57,052 nt of DNA, filler included, from Catajapyx aquilonaris (GCA_000934665.2; 3 parts of 3 records of this genome joined end to end with filler, not necessarily neighbours in it), one strand, 5' to 3'; numbered from the whole stretch's first letter, positions 28,845 through 40,984 are shown. Notes: a model not told the origin generated them from the letters alone. Numbers and translations: made by a program.

Positions 28845-31800
28845 ACAGTACATCATAGGAATTACTTCGACCTTACGTCATCGTTTCTTACATTGTTCTT
28901 TTTTGTTGACACTGTTTACTCATATTATTGTGTGAGGGCATTTCCATGGAAAACTTGAAAACAAAACGATTGCGTAAGGTCGACGTAAGGGTGGGCCGCC
29001 TATAGTGGCCTATAAGATGGAGATTTTATAACCCCTTCCTCCTCCCCCAAACTTAATTAGAAATACCCAGACAGAATGGGTTAGGTTTTCGTCTGTGCTA
29101 GCAGCATGCTTCTGAAATCGAGGATTCCCCCATGTGTTACCATGGTTACCATACAGTTGACAGACACAGCTAACTATAGCAGAAGGACGAAACCCCACCC
29201 AATACTATTACTATTTATAAAATGTAGCTCTTGGCGCTACAGTTGCAGGTTGCAGCAGAGGGACATGATAATATGCAAAACTTTTTGGCCAAATGTTTTG
29301 TCCAAAGGTTTTTCAAAAATCACTTCCAAGGTCTGTGTAGTGCAGGGAAAATCCCGAGTTGCTGATAAGTTTTGATTTGCTACACTGTATAGTGACTCAA
29401 GATCTTTCTGGAAGAAAATGGTGCTTCTAAGCGGCAATGATAAGGGCATTTCAGATGCGATGCATTTTACGATCTGAGCTCCCAGAAAGAGTCGTCTAGC
29501 CATCCTAACCGGGCCAAAAACCAGACGCGACTCAAGTCCCCGTCACAAAAGGCCAAATGTGCCAACAGTTACGCAATCTCAGCATTTCCACCATTTTTTT
29601 TGTACCTCTCCCTCTCTTCCAGAGGCATAGTTTACGAGCCCCGACAGTTTTCAACCATGCTATATTTTGTCTGCTTTTGTCAAGGGCGCTATTTTCCATG
29701 TGGTGGCAACTTCAAGCTTGCTGTGGGGGGGGGGGGGAAATCGGCCAAACACTGCATCTTNAACACTGCATCTTACTACGAGAACTGCTTATACCTGTTT
29801 ATGAGGCTCTTCACTGGTTTCCTAAGCGATCGTAAATTTTTGGATACCGTGAATTTGGCAAGGAGATAAAAAAAGAGGCAGTTGTGAAGTCATCTGGCAT
29901 CCAGTCAACAACTCAGAAAGTGGGACCTGTCCTTGGCCTGAGGCCCAAAAATCAGGTACAAAAAAAATCTGAAATTTATAGGCTTATTGAGCGACCTTCA
30001 TATTGTACGACTCATGCAGTATAAATTTTATGGCAACCTTTTCGGTTACGTACACTAAATTCAGATGAGTAAGAAACTGTAGGGAGTCATTAAGTCCTGC
30101 ATGACGAGAGTCAAATCATGAAATATTTCGACATAAAATTACGATCCTTAGCAAAATGACTTTTTACGTTCTCTGTGTATAAAAGAGGGATATTAATAAA
30201 TATAAAAGTACATATTATGCGACCGACAATAACTGTGAATGCACTGTAAAATCCCTTCACTTTTCGATCAACTGTACGTAAGTGATCGCATGACCCTTAC
30301 TAGTTCATGAATGGCAATTGCCGTAATTGCCATAAACCCTCTCCCCACACTCATTGCTTATCTGTCAATGCCCTCACCTTGACTAGTGTCATGCGCTAAA
30401 TCCCGATCACGATTCTAAATAATTGGCTATACCAATGATGATACCATCCCATTTCCATCATAATCTGCTTTATAGCTCCACTGATATAACTCATTTGTTA
30501 AAAATGCTGCAGAATAATGCTGAAAATTTCCTTTGTGAAGCCCTGAAACTCTGTAACCATGGAGCTGAAAACGGGGTTAGGATTCATATATCCGCGTAAC
30601 TGTAAGGTTTCCACAGCTCTTTGTGCAGAGGCAAACATTAATTCCCGCACCGACGAGCCCGTCTTTGTGGTGTTTCCGGTGACAGTCACTACATAGTCTA
30701 AAAGCCTTAGGCAAAGCGCAAAAGGTCCACGAGTACGACGCAGCTGCTGGAATGAGTGTTACCCTGCGATCCATACTCCTGTTTATCATAGGTGAACCAT
30801 TTTTAAAAGGGGGGAATGAAGAAAATGAAGAAGAAGACGAAGAAGAAGAAAAGAGGAGCTCGCTTACGTCACACCCACCACATAATCATTTTCTTCGAAA
30901 GTAAAGCCTTTTCGACATCAGTCGATAAATCAGAAAGTTTTGAATAGAGGTCCCAAGTCGTTTCCCTTGGTTTCCACCCCTAGCTAATTTTGTGCCACCT
31001 AATGGGGAAATTGATTCAGAAAGTCAGCCAGACATGTCCGTGGAAATCATGCCAGAATACGCCCACAGGCTTGCTTTTTCCATTCATGCCTCAAATATCT
31101 GCATCCTGGGCTATACACATGCCATTCATTCCTCGTGTATGCAGTAAGCCAGCCACCGGTCCATAGCTAGTGCACTACCAATAAGTCAATCATATGGAAA
31201 TTCCATAATGGTTCTATGGTAGTCTGTCTTAGTGTCTAGCTTGCATTAGACTACAATAATTATTCCTAAAGATCTAGTCTAAATACTTACCGATTTATAT
31301 TACCGACGGCCGAAGAAATTATGAAATCTATTATTGACGGTTGGTTTGTTGATTCGTGGAGAAAATCAGTTATTGCGTTTGTGCTATATGAAATGTAACT
31401 CACATCCTTTATGTACAGTGGCTGTATTGTACATCTCTCAATAGTAACTTAATTATAACAGCGTGATCATGCCATTATGTGAATTTTTAATCTACAGAAT
31501 GTTTAATAAAAAAAAGAAACTCAAATCACAAATGGTTGAAAAGTCGTGGCAATATTCAATAACCATGAGTATGCAACATGGCAAATACTGTATATATTTC
31601 GCTATAATAATTATCTTGTTTCGCCTCCAGGAACAAATGAGCGGGAAGATACACGCGGATGTTTTTCAATATCATCTGTAAATTTGCTGGATGTTTTGTA
31701 ATTCCTTTTCAATGTTCGACGCTTATTACAGTTGGGCCAGATCATGGTATAGGCACAGAATATTATGGAAATCCTCCATACTCAAAGATACAGCCGAGCA

Positions 31801-32328
31801 TCAGCTGGGACATAACGTCCAATTGTTAAAGATCCACTTCAGTGTGTTTCATGATCTTACGCTGTAACTCAGCAATTTACACAATAATGCTTATTCTGTG
31901 CAACTTTCAGTTGCACATTGCATGATGCCACACGCATGTAAATAAACGTCACCGACACCTGTCTAATGATCCATATTATCTGGACACTTGACAAAGAATG
32001 AAGCGCCAGAGAGGTTCCTACCGAAAATGGTCAGTCTTGGACCACCAAAGGATAGCCTACTTAAAATGGCACTCTGTGATTCTATGCCTGCCCACAGAAT
32101 AAAGAAGGTAATTGCAGCAGGGGTTAACATCTGTCAATATTCATCCTCTGTTAATTATTTATTTGTCACATTCTTCTGGCATTACAAAATAAATAAATAA
32201 CCCTACTACCTACTTCTTTGTTGAGAGAATTATTTTTCATTCTGTGGTATACATATTAAATTAATACCTCTTAGTTAATGCATTACTTGATGAGCGGTGC
32301 CATTTTTAGTGTCCTCGTGGTACAAGAT

Positions 32329-32608
32329 CAGCCCTATGACACTCCTCGAATACGGTAGTGTAATATCTGTGTCCCATCGTGAGCTAAGACGCCATCTTGT
32401 TCAAGGTGCAACTCCTGTGGTAGGTAGCCGGTAGTCTGCTACGATTGGCTCGATCTTTCTTACACAGACTTACCACTAGAATGCACCTTGAAAAAGATGG
32501 CGGATAGCGAACGATGTAGCGCCGCCAGCGCCAAAAGTCTAGTCTGGCGCAGACACAGGAATTAAACTACCTTATCCATACAACTAAGGTGGAAGTGACA
32601 GGGGGATG
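32329..32608. mobile_element. hAT-type MITE (CAGCCCTATGACAC family)
   Basis: Left end CAGCCCTATGACACTCCTCGAATACGGTAG is nearly identical to the end at 47053. Internal IR CGCCATCTTGTTCAAGGTGCA/TGCACCTTGAAAAAGATGGCG. Flanking 8-mer TACAAGAT at 32321 recurs at 32615 after TAGGCC. Confidence 0.7.
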
Positions 32609-34090
32609 TAGGCCTACAAGATTGACTCCTTTCTTTAGCAACCTCTCTGGCACCCTAGATGCCATTTAACAGCATGGAACTCCCCTCCTGAAATCGAGTA
32701 ACCAGAATGTCATCTAATTATTCTGAGATTGGGCACGTACTCACACCTGACATATGAAACTAGAGCAATGACAAACATGAATTAATTATGCAGTTGTCAG
32801 AAGTGGAGCAATTGCTAAATGAAGGTGTCGCTTTCACTCTTAGAAGTGGCAGGAAAATTTGTATAAGTTTATTTCCGTATTTGGTGTTAGATGGTGTCGT
32901 TTAAGTGCCAGTACATATCATGCTAGAGATACCAAGTACACATATGCACATAAATACAGTATTTGTTGAAATACCGATAGTTGGCAAAATGAACGTCACA
33001 ACACATAACGCTCCAGAATAGTAACAGAGGGAAGAGTTTAGTAAATAACTTGCTAAATAAGAAAATCATCTAGCACAAGAAATAATAGTGGCTACAGACA
33101 AAATACAAACGTTCATGCAGAAGTGTGAGACATTTTTTTTGGATCATTCTGTCCTGCAAAAATGGATGAAAATTTGACATCGATCAGTAAATGAGTATCT
33201 TAACTAACAATAAACATTTACATTCTGGGAATGAGTACACGAAAGTTCCGAGTAGCAGGATTGTGAATGCATCTGCGTAAAAATGAAGCCTTAGTCGAAA
33301 AGTATAGAAGCTGGTAATATCTACGTACTTTGCTGCAGCAGAGTAGGGCTCTCCGACTGTGGTTGCCTCGCATGCCATATTTGGCTCTTTGCTGGTTTTA
33401 GTTTGGTTCTTCGAATCACTGCAGAGGCAGAGAAAACAATAACTCTCATTTTCTCGAGCGGATGAGCCAAAGACGCATGGTAGATCGCTCAAACACTTAC
33501 TAAACCTAAAGTGTAGGTTACATGTCCATCTGACAACTTTTTAAAGCAATTATTTTGTGGTGTTGTCTTTATGTGCGGGATTAGAGCTTTTGTCAGCTTT
33601 ACTGCACACGTGGAGACTTGTTAAAATTTGATTCCACCTCGGAGTCTGCAGTTTTCACAAGTGTCAGCATGCAGTGTTGACACACACGTGCTGTCGATAC
33701 TGCAAAACGAGTCATGCAAGATTTACTTAACAGATTGTTGCGGAGTCAAATGGGATTGAAATGGACACATGCCTTACTTTCGGCTGGCCGTAAATCCCAT
33801 TTGACGAAATGACCACGTGCCGAGTGGAAGTTGAGATTCTATATACTGTACTGTAGATAGCTACCAAGAGTGGACATGAACGTGTTAATCCTAAATAATG
33901 TATGTACTGCAATCACTACTACACAGGCATGCGCCAGCCAAGCTTTGCTTTGTTCTGATTCCTGTAAAAAGTACGCTGTCATCCACAGGATTAGACCAGG
34001 CTAGAGCTGTATAGACCTTGCCCTCGGGCCATAAGAAGATGGCATGCTAAACCTGTGGAAGACCCGCAGTGTGTTGTTGGCTGACTGTAC

Positions 34091-34959
34091 CTGGAATTGG
34101 AACGCCGGCTGTTGTCCTTCTTGCCGGCCTGCAGGTTGGTCAGGTCCTTCTGTCGCTTTTCGGTTTCCATCCAGATCCGCCAGTAGAGCCCGCACATGAT
34201 CGACACTGGGACATAGAAGGCGGCGATGGCCGTCCCGAAGGTGATGTAGTGGTTGGTCTCGATGAACTGGATGTAGCACTCGTCGTCTGGTACGGTTCGG
34301 GTCCCCTCGATGTAGGGCCACGAGTAGATCCAGGGTGGCCACAGGAGCAGTGAGATGCCCCAGGCACATCCGATCATGAAAGCGGCCCTACGAGTGGTCC
34401 TCCTCGCGCGGTAGGTCAATGGACGCGTGACGGAGAAGTATCGGTCAAAGCTGATGATGAGGAGGTTGAGCACTGAGGCATTGGAGGCCAGGTAGTCCAA
34501 GGCCAGCCAGGTGTCGCATACGTGCGAGCCCAGCGGCCACTTGCCCATCAGCAGGTACACAGTAAAGAGTGGCATCGAGATAAGTCCGATCACAAAGTCC
34601 GCAATGGCTAGGCTGAACAGGAAGTAGTTGCTGATGGTCTGCAGTTGTTTGTCAATCTTGAATGACACCATCACCATCACGTTGCCTACAACGGTCATGA
34701 TGCTCAGGCAGCCGGCCACGATGGCGATCAGGAGCATCTCCAGGACCGAGTATCGTCGGTTCATACCTCCGAACGGATCACCTGTACTGTTTGGACCTAG
34801 GATGGTATCGGACGGGCCTACCCATGGATCCACGGTGGACATGCTACTCTGGTAGGCGAGGGCCATGCTGCTGCCACTACTGCCACTCTCACTGCCGCTG
34901 CTGGCCCCACCCATCACCGCTGCCCATGCCTCCGACGATACTGATGTACCGGTGGCCAT
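34091..34959 (-). CDS. mAChR-A: Muscarinic acetylcholine receptor type A, first coding exon (N-terminus, TM1-TM5, start of ICL3)
   Basis: Class A amine GPCR motifs [40 protein letters not shown] (amine-binding Asp3.32), [29 protein letters not shown] and [15 protein letters not shown] match insect mAChR-A. ATG at 34959; phase-2 donor CAG|GTACAG (GT at 34090-34089) after ...RRSNS. Confidence 0.96.
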
Positions 34960-35059
34960 TTTCAACAGAGGCTGTCTGATGCCTCAGCTAGAGATTTGTA
35001 AAAGTCTTTCTTTTGGATGTGTGTCTTGAGATGCCCATTCTTTCGTGCTGCATTCAGCT
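34960..35059 (-). other. mAChR-A: Probable 5'UTR part of the mAChR-A coding exon (splice acceptor at 35060)
   Basis: Minus strand TGTTATCTTTGACTTTTTCAG| is a strong polypyrimidine acceptor 100 nt upstream of the ATG, implying a non-coding exon further right. Confidence 0.6.
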
Positions 35060-37230
35060 CTGAAAAAGTCAAAGATAACAGGTCAAAATACGGTTCGAAA
35101 TCCATTACTATCTGCGCATATTGCAATAACAGAGTATTATAATAAACCAGAATCTAGGGGACAAGAGCACTTAATTCTGGCTCACCAAGATTCTTCCCCC
35201 TTTCCACTTTTCCCTGCCAAGAGCAGGATTTTCCAGCCTCACAATTCGATCTAATGGACAGTATAATGCAGCCTACTCGGGGAAGCTACATAGTAGTTTA
35301 CAGTGAAGTACAGTACGCCACAAAAATATGGATTACCATGTTGGATACTTTATCCACTCCACTTCAGTGTAATACCAACTCGAGCACTCGGGAGATCCAC
35401 AACAAAGAATCATGGCAAGTGATTGAACTAACCTAATCCCCAAAATATTGAGTGCACTTGCTCTCTTAAACTTTGAAGGCAGCCAGGAGAGTTTATTTTC
35501 AAGTCAGGGAAGGGAGTTGTCAGTCCTCTTCATAGCGGATATTACATGCAAAGAAGAACAATATTGCCATAACAATATTTCCACCAAATGCTCAAGATCG
35601 ACTTCTCTATATCTGATAATGGTAAAGTCGGGCTGCATGAAATATATTCCAGGCTAGTTTGTGAGGTTATTTCTCTCTTTGCCCCCTATTGTGTTTGCCT
35701 GGAAGATTCAAAGAGACCGAGATATCGACCTCCACATTAATTTCCATTTTTTGTGCGTATATGACAAGTGGGAGCACATTACGCTTCAGTATTTCACCCA
35801 GTCCCATATTGCTTCCCTTTAGAAGCAAATGCACCCTGTGGTCCACGATAAACTCCCCGCAGTCACGTTTCCTCGCCAAATGGAATTCTAATAGTGCTTT
35901 GGATTTGCAATAATAATTAAGAGAAATGACAATAGGATACCCTGTAATATAGGATTGTGGCCTCACGGGGATTTCTCAAGTTACCCGACTTTAATAACAC
36001 TGCTGAGGTGCTGATGGATTTTGAAAGTTGGAAAAAACGAAAAAGACACAGGATATTTCACTCAAAGATGGAGCAAATGTATCTAAACTCTTTCTACAGA
36101 GGAAAATATTCTCGGACCCCCTGGAGTTAGAACACTGGGTAGTACTTTGGGATGATCTGAAACACTACGCCAGCATCATAGAATTTGTAGGCCTTTATGC
36201 TCTCTTACCCTACAAGTGTAACATACGGTATGCAAGATACACAGTGCAGTTACATATACTGCTTATATAACCTTCCTAAATAAGCTGATTAGTGATCACA
36301 ATAGACTCCTTTTGCAAGTATCAACTGGACAATAAGGTCCAGAATGGCACGGGAATTCATTCATGTGAATTTATTCTTCAAAAAGTCACTCTGTGTTCAG
36401 TATGTGAAAAAAGATGCACCTGTTTGGATTCTTTAGTATATTTTCAAGTTATCACCATGAAAATGGAGTACGAGACGTGAAACCAAGATTAATGTTAATG
36501 TAGTGAGAATGACAAATGGGAGTTTGGACAGACTCGCAGAAACTGATCAGGAATACCGCAAAAGTGTTGGCTGAAGTCTTGATAAAGTACGCGCAGCTCC
36601 GGAGAAATATGACCCAGTGGAGATGGCAACAGTGACTTAAAAGCAGGCCAGATATAAATAAAGAGCCGAATATTGCGCTTCGAATCCGGTGCAGATGGGT
36701 TCGGACGATCGGCATATTTCCTGGGCCCACCTTTTGAACCAGCCCTTTTTGTACAAATTGCTCCGCAAATGCATCACTTGGCAAGTGTCGTCAGAAGCGT
36801 ATAGCAAGGCTTTTCGAAAGCTAGTCTGATGATGCAGTATCGCAAGGGATATATAAGTCTCCAAAGAATGCAATAAAAACGTTATAAAGCATTCCAAAGG
36901 TTTAAATGGCATTTCTTTTTTAATAAAACAAGAACAATCAAGCAATGGTGATTCCAGTACAGCGCACATACCGGAACCTAAGGTAATATGACAGCGAAAG
37001 AGCAAAGTCCAGGGGAGCATCCAAGCATAGCATGCTTCCATTTTCAAGAATCCCCCAGCGTAGAAGACAAGTGGCGAATGCTGATCTTAATAAAAAGGGA
37101 GATCGATCGGATGTCTCCCCCGCAACTTCCATTATTAAGTTTGTAGGGCAACCTTGTTCGGATATTCTCGGGAAAGGGGCCCATAGAAGAGGAGCAGGAG
37201 AAGGAGGAGAGGGAAGAAGCAGTAGCAGCA

Positions 37231-37311
37231 GAAGAAGAAGAAGAAGAAGAAGAAGAAGAAGAAGAAGAAGAAGAAGAAGAAGAAGAAGAAGAAGAAGAAG
37301 AAGAAGAAGAA
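37231..37311. repeat. (GAA)27 microsatellite
   Basis: Pure GAA run; it generates the spurious poly-R/L/F ORFs. Confidence 0.97.
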
Positions 37312-37622
37312 GCCTGAATAACATAAGAGGGCGGGAGGAGTGCCCTCTTCCGACGCAGTTTCAGTCAAAGCGATTGTTATCGATGTTATAAAGAGTATCG
37401 ATTCGTGCTTTATTAGGGATACTTATGTCCTATGCGCCAACCTGTTTCTGGCCAGTGACCTTTAGCCAGAGTAAAGATGGTACCAACGCAATGCAAGTTG
37501 GCTGCCGGCGAGCAGTTACAGGACCTCCAGATCTGACTGCCCGATCCGCTGCCAGTTTAGGCCTTGATTTAGGCCGTCAAGTAGGCCCATCTGTTTGACT
37601 TGGAATAACTATTGCACTGGTA

Positions 37623-37780
37623 CAGTGGTGGCCATATATGGAGGCAACGGCTAGCGGCATTTTTCCGAAGCGGCAGAAGAAGGAATCTTACTCGCCCGGC
37701 TTGTAGCATGCTTATCTTCGATTTCTTCTTCTGCCGCTTCGGGAAAATGTCGCTAGTCGTTGCCTCCATGGCCAGCACTG
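37623..37780. mobile_element. Tc1/mariner-type MITE
   Basis: TA|CAGTGGTGGCCAT...ATGGCCAGCACTG|TA, arms of about 65 bp including CCGAAGCGGCAGAAGAAG/CTTCTTCTGCCGCTTCGG. Confidence 0.85.
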
Positions 37781-37895
37781 TACTCCGAAAAGTTATGGAT
37801 ATACAGGGTGTATCTGAACTCAGTGCCCCGACGTATATGACTGCCTTCCTAGCCACCAGAGGATCGATTTAAGTATAGGAGTCATATGTCTGGGC

Positions 37896-37995
37896 NNNNN
37901 NNNNNNNNNNNNNNNNNNNNNNNNNNNNNNNNNNNNNNNTTAATTAATTAANNNNNNNNNNNNNNNNNNNNNNNNNNNNNNNNNNNNNNNNNNNN
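37896..37995. other. Artificial scaffold join (44 N + TTAATTAATTAA + 44 N)
   Basis: Linker at 37940-37951; same 100-bp structure as 18890-18989. Confidence 0.95.
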
Positions 37996-38229
37996 TTCTT
38001 TGCGCCATTGATAAGAGGACACAAAACTGCGTAACATATGTTTTTTTCATAAAATTCTCATTGAGTGACTCTAGCTTCATTTCCACCTTAAGCGCCGAGT
38101 AATGATTCTTGATGTTAGCCGGAACGAGTGTGCCAGGGCTGGAGGATATATTAGGAATAATACATAATTATATCTCTTTGCTACTGAGGCCTTATTATTA
38201 TTATTTTATTTAAGTCCCGGCCTATCCAT

Positions 38230-38286
<57 letters not shown>

Positions 38287-38308
38287 ATACATACATACAT
38301 ACACACAC

Positions 38309-38629
38309 TCTTGTCTTGACTAAGGCGTGGGGACGGACATTGATCACTTTTCACTGCGAGTGTAAACTGATCTCACCTAACCTAACCTAACCTAACCTAA
38401 CCTACCCTACCCTAAGTAACTTAGGCTGAGAAAAATGGACTTTTGTGAAACCCTACAAATGAAAATAGTGGGGACATGTCCCCACTAATTTACACATGTC
38501 CCCACTGTAATGGTACACTTCGCGTGTGTGAGACTGTGGGGACCGACAAATGTCCCCACAATTGGAACTGGTCCCCACAGCTACAGTAAAACCACAGACT
38601 TCCGTCCCCAGACCTTAGTCAAGACCTGA
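38309..38629. mobile_element. Microsatellite-inserted element with (CCTAA)n tract, copy 2
   Basis: TIR GTCTTGACTAAGGCGTGGGGACGG/CCGTCCCCAGACCTTAGTCAAGAC. Collinear with 24253-24578; sits inside (CATA)n/(CA)n. Confidence 0.85.
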
Positions 38630-38659
38630 TCATACATGCATACATACATACATACATAC

Positions 38660-38690
<31 letters not shown>

Positions 38691-38726
38691 CATACATACA
38701 TACATACATACATACATACATACATA

Positions 38727-39244
38727 CATCACGGCATAATCCCATAACTGGGGTAGCCAGCGACGACTAGTTTCTGCCTAGCCGTCTCGTATGACCATTA
38801 CAATGAATCTTCCGGTGACTGGTCAGGCCACGCAGAAGATATAATGAGTTTGGTGATTATGAAATAGGTGATATGAACACATACACATACAAATACATAA
38901 ACATACAATGTAAAAAGTATACAGTATAAACAAAAATATAGAGCAACTGGAGACTATAGGCCGCCCACTGCATCCCCTCAGCGACGGTGTTATTTGGCAC
39001 CAGGTTGGCATCTTGCCAGCGAGCACCCCTACTTGCGTCCTTCCAGTTCGAACGTTCGGCCCCAAATGGAACGACTGGCTTCGGCGTCCATGTAAACNAA
39101 ACACCATATCTCCACGGAGACGACGTCTCACCTCGCGGTGTTGTTGACATCATCCCCTCAGCGACGGTGTTATTTGGCACCAGGTTGGCATCTTGCCAGC
39201 GAGCACCCCTACTTGCGTCCTTCCAGTTCGAACGTTCGGCCCCA

Positions 39245-39247
<3 letters not shown>
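38727..39247 (-). mobile_element. 5'-truncated retroposon (SINE or LINE 3' end) with (TATG)n tail
   Basis: Minus strand ends ...GCTACCCCAGTTATGGGATTATGCCGTGATG(TATG)n, preceded by stem-loop GACGGCTAG/CTAGTCGTC. A 97-bp block is duplicated at 38971-39067 and 39151-39247. Confidence 0.6.
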
Positions 39248-39327
<80 letters not shown>

Positions 39328-39350
39328 ATACATACATACATACATACATA

Positions 39351-39429
39351 CATCACGGCATAATCCCATAACTGGGGTAGCCAGCGACGATTAGTTTCTG
39401 CCTAGCCGTCTCGTATGACCATTACAATG
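39351..39429 (-). mobile_element. 79-bp 3' stub of the same retroposon
   Basis: Direct repeat of 38727-38805 with 1 mismatch; has its own (TATG)n tail and (TAT)n flanks. Confidence 0.65.
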
Positions 39430-39512
<83 letters not shown>

Positions 39513-39699
39513 CAACTAGCGGCCATCCTTCCCCGGTCATAGTCCAGCTCTCTTGCCTGATAATGGCATGAAAGCATACTCAGCATTATTCCTCTGTGCG
39601 CTGTACATGTGTGGGTTTACTACCTCTCTCAATCCGCGATGAGCCCCTGGCACTTGAGGAGGCTAATATATTGTTTAATTATGATGTTATTAACCTAAC

Positions 39700-40220
39700 A
39701 TTAAATCTGGCAACACAACACGTACTCACCTTATCTGCCAGAATAAGTACATCTGTTCAAAAATATAAATCTTATATCATAATATGTAAAACATGTCCAA
39801 AATAGCTATTATAACAACTCATTATCAGAATAGTATTACGTCTGGCAACAATGCTCAAAATATAGTTGTACGTAATATCCTCGCGTACTTACCTCATCTG
39901 CAAAAAATTACTTATCATATTGCAGCCATGTCCAAAATAGCTATTCTAGCAACTCATAATCAGAATATGCACATCTGGCAACAATACTCAAAATAAAGCT
40001 GTAGACTCTAACTATACAATAATATTCGCGATAATATTAATCTGGAGTACCCTTGCACAGCCACCTGAATGCACCCTAAATAGCTATTAGCCATTCGGAT
40101 GCACTCAAAATAGCTATTAAGAAATAGCAGCTACTTGGCCAAAAAGAGCTATTTCTTTTCGCCCCATCTGCTATCCGCTATATGCTAAATAGCTGTTCTT
40201 TGCAACTATTGGCAACACTG
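39700..40220. mobile_element. Degenerate DNA-transposon end with internal repeats
   Basis: Repeated AAAATAGCTATT motifs, an imperfect tandem repeat of about 135 bp (39792 vs 39927) and terminus TTGGCAACACTG at 40209-40220. Confidence 0.45.
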
Positions 40221-40284
40221 CGTCACAACAATGGTGGTAACCCTGCTGGCATAGGACTCCGATCTACTATATCCGAGGTGACCT

Positions 40285-40477
40285 AAATCGGAGTCCCATG
40301 CCAAAGGGGTGGTCAGATCTTTGAGGGGTAGGCAACCCGCAACCCATCGCATGGTCGCATACCCCTGAGGGATCTGCACTGTATTGCGGGGTGCATACCC
40401 TTCAAGGACCTGACATGTATTGCGGGTTGCATACCCCTCAAAGATCTGACCGCATCCCTGGCATGGGACTCCGATTT
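40285..40477. mobile_element. MITE with arms of about 58 bp abutting the truncated IR
   Basis: AAATCGGAGTCCCATGCCA...GGTCAGATCTTTGAGGGGTA pairs with TACCCCTCAAAGATCTGACC...TGGCATGGGACTCCGATTT. Confidence 0.8.
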
Positions 40478-40487
40478 TCCATACTAC

Positions 40488-40859
40488 TACGCCACCGTCA
40501 AATATTCAGTCCTGGAGCATTCCTTTAAAAGATTCGAGTACAACTTTGATAAGGCCAGCTTGTACCCGCATTACTTCTCTCTTTTTGAGTATTACTTGAA
40601 GTTGCTCTCCCTGAGATCGGCCCGAAAGATAAACCTGTCTTACAAGACCTCCATGGCTCTGAATATAAGTCAGTTCGAGACTCCTTTCGTGGCACATTGC
40701 GCCATCATGACCATTGCTCTCGTGGTTTGCATTTACGAGCTGTTGAAATACAGATACGGGAAGAGAAATGAAGAACCCGGTAGTGAATACCTCTTAAAAA
40801 TTAATAAGACAGCTGGAATTCGAAAGCTACTTCATATGCATGTCATTGGCACACCTTAA
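40488..40859 (+). pseudogene. Divergent ionotropic receptor, 3'-only relic (end of S2, M3, C-tail)
   Basis: Open frame YATVKYSVLEHSFKRFEYNFDKASLYPHY...ALNISQFETPFVAHCAIMTIALVVCIYELLK, paralogous to 55601-55909. No upstream IR sequence found left of the MITE. Confidence 0.8.
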
Positions 40860-40984
40860 GCGCATTAGTAATGTCACAGTAAGAAAATACTCCTTACATC
40901 TCTGAGTCATCCAAAATGTAAGGCCTTAGCGACATACCGGTACGGTACCCCACAATAGTTCATTTATCACAATACAAAATGAAA

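Larger units (their letters stand above)
38233..39510. repeat. Compound (AAT)n/(ACAT)n microsatellite field containing several insertions
   Basis: (AAT)n at about 38233-38285, 39245-39325 and 39432-39510; (CATA)n at about 38284-38302, 38631-38727 and 39324-39351. Confidence 0.95.

Noticed and set aside
30577..30789. Phase-2-compatible open segment after a pyrimidine tract on the minus strand
   Set aside because: The translation shows no resemblance to mAChR ICL3 and ends in a stop; no independent support.
33991..34090. C-terminal extension of the 324-aa ORF ([11 protein letters not shown]...)
   Set aside because: It lies past a good splice donor at the point where mAChR similarity ends, so it is treated as intron. 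The TTG start at 34965 is also replaced by ATG 34959.
36938..37391. Poly-Leu, poly-Arg and poly-Phe ORFs
   Set aside because: Translations of the (GAA)n microsatellite.
38740..38835. Possible hammerhead ribozyme (CTGACCAG...GAAACTAGTCG on the minus strand)
   Set aside because: The core CUGANGA box is not matched. The GAAA sits in the loop of a simple stem better explained as a retroposon 3' stem-loop.
38857..39394. ORFs with poly-N/I/Y/L and a repeated 32-aa unit
   Set aside because: Products of (AAT)n and the 97-bp direct repeat; not a gene. Not a CRISPR array either (two long repeats, eukaryotic context).
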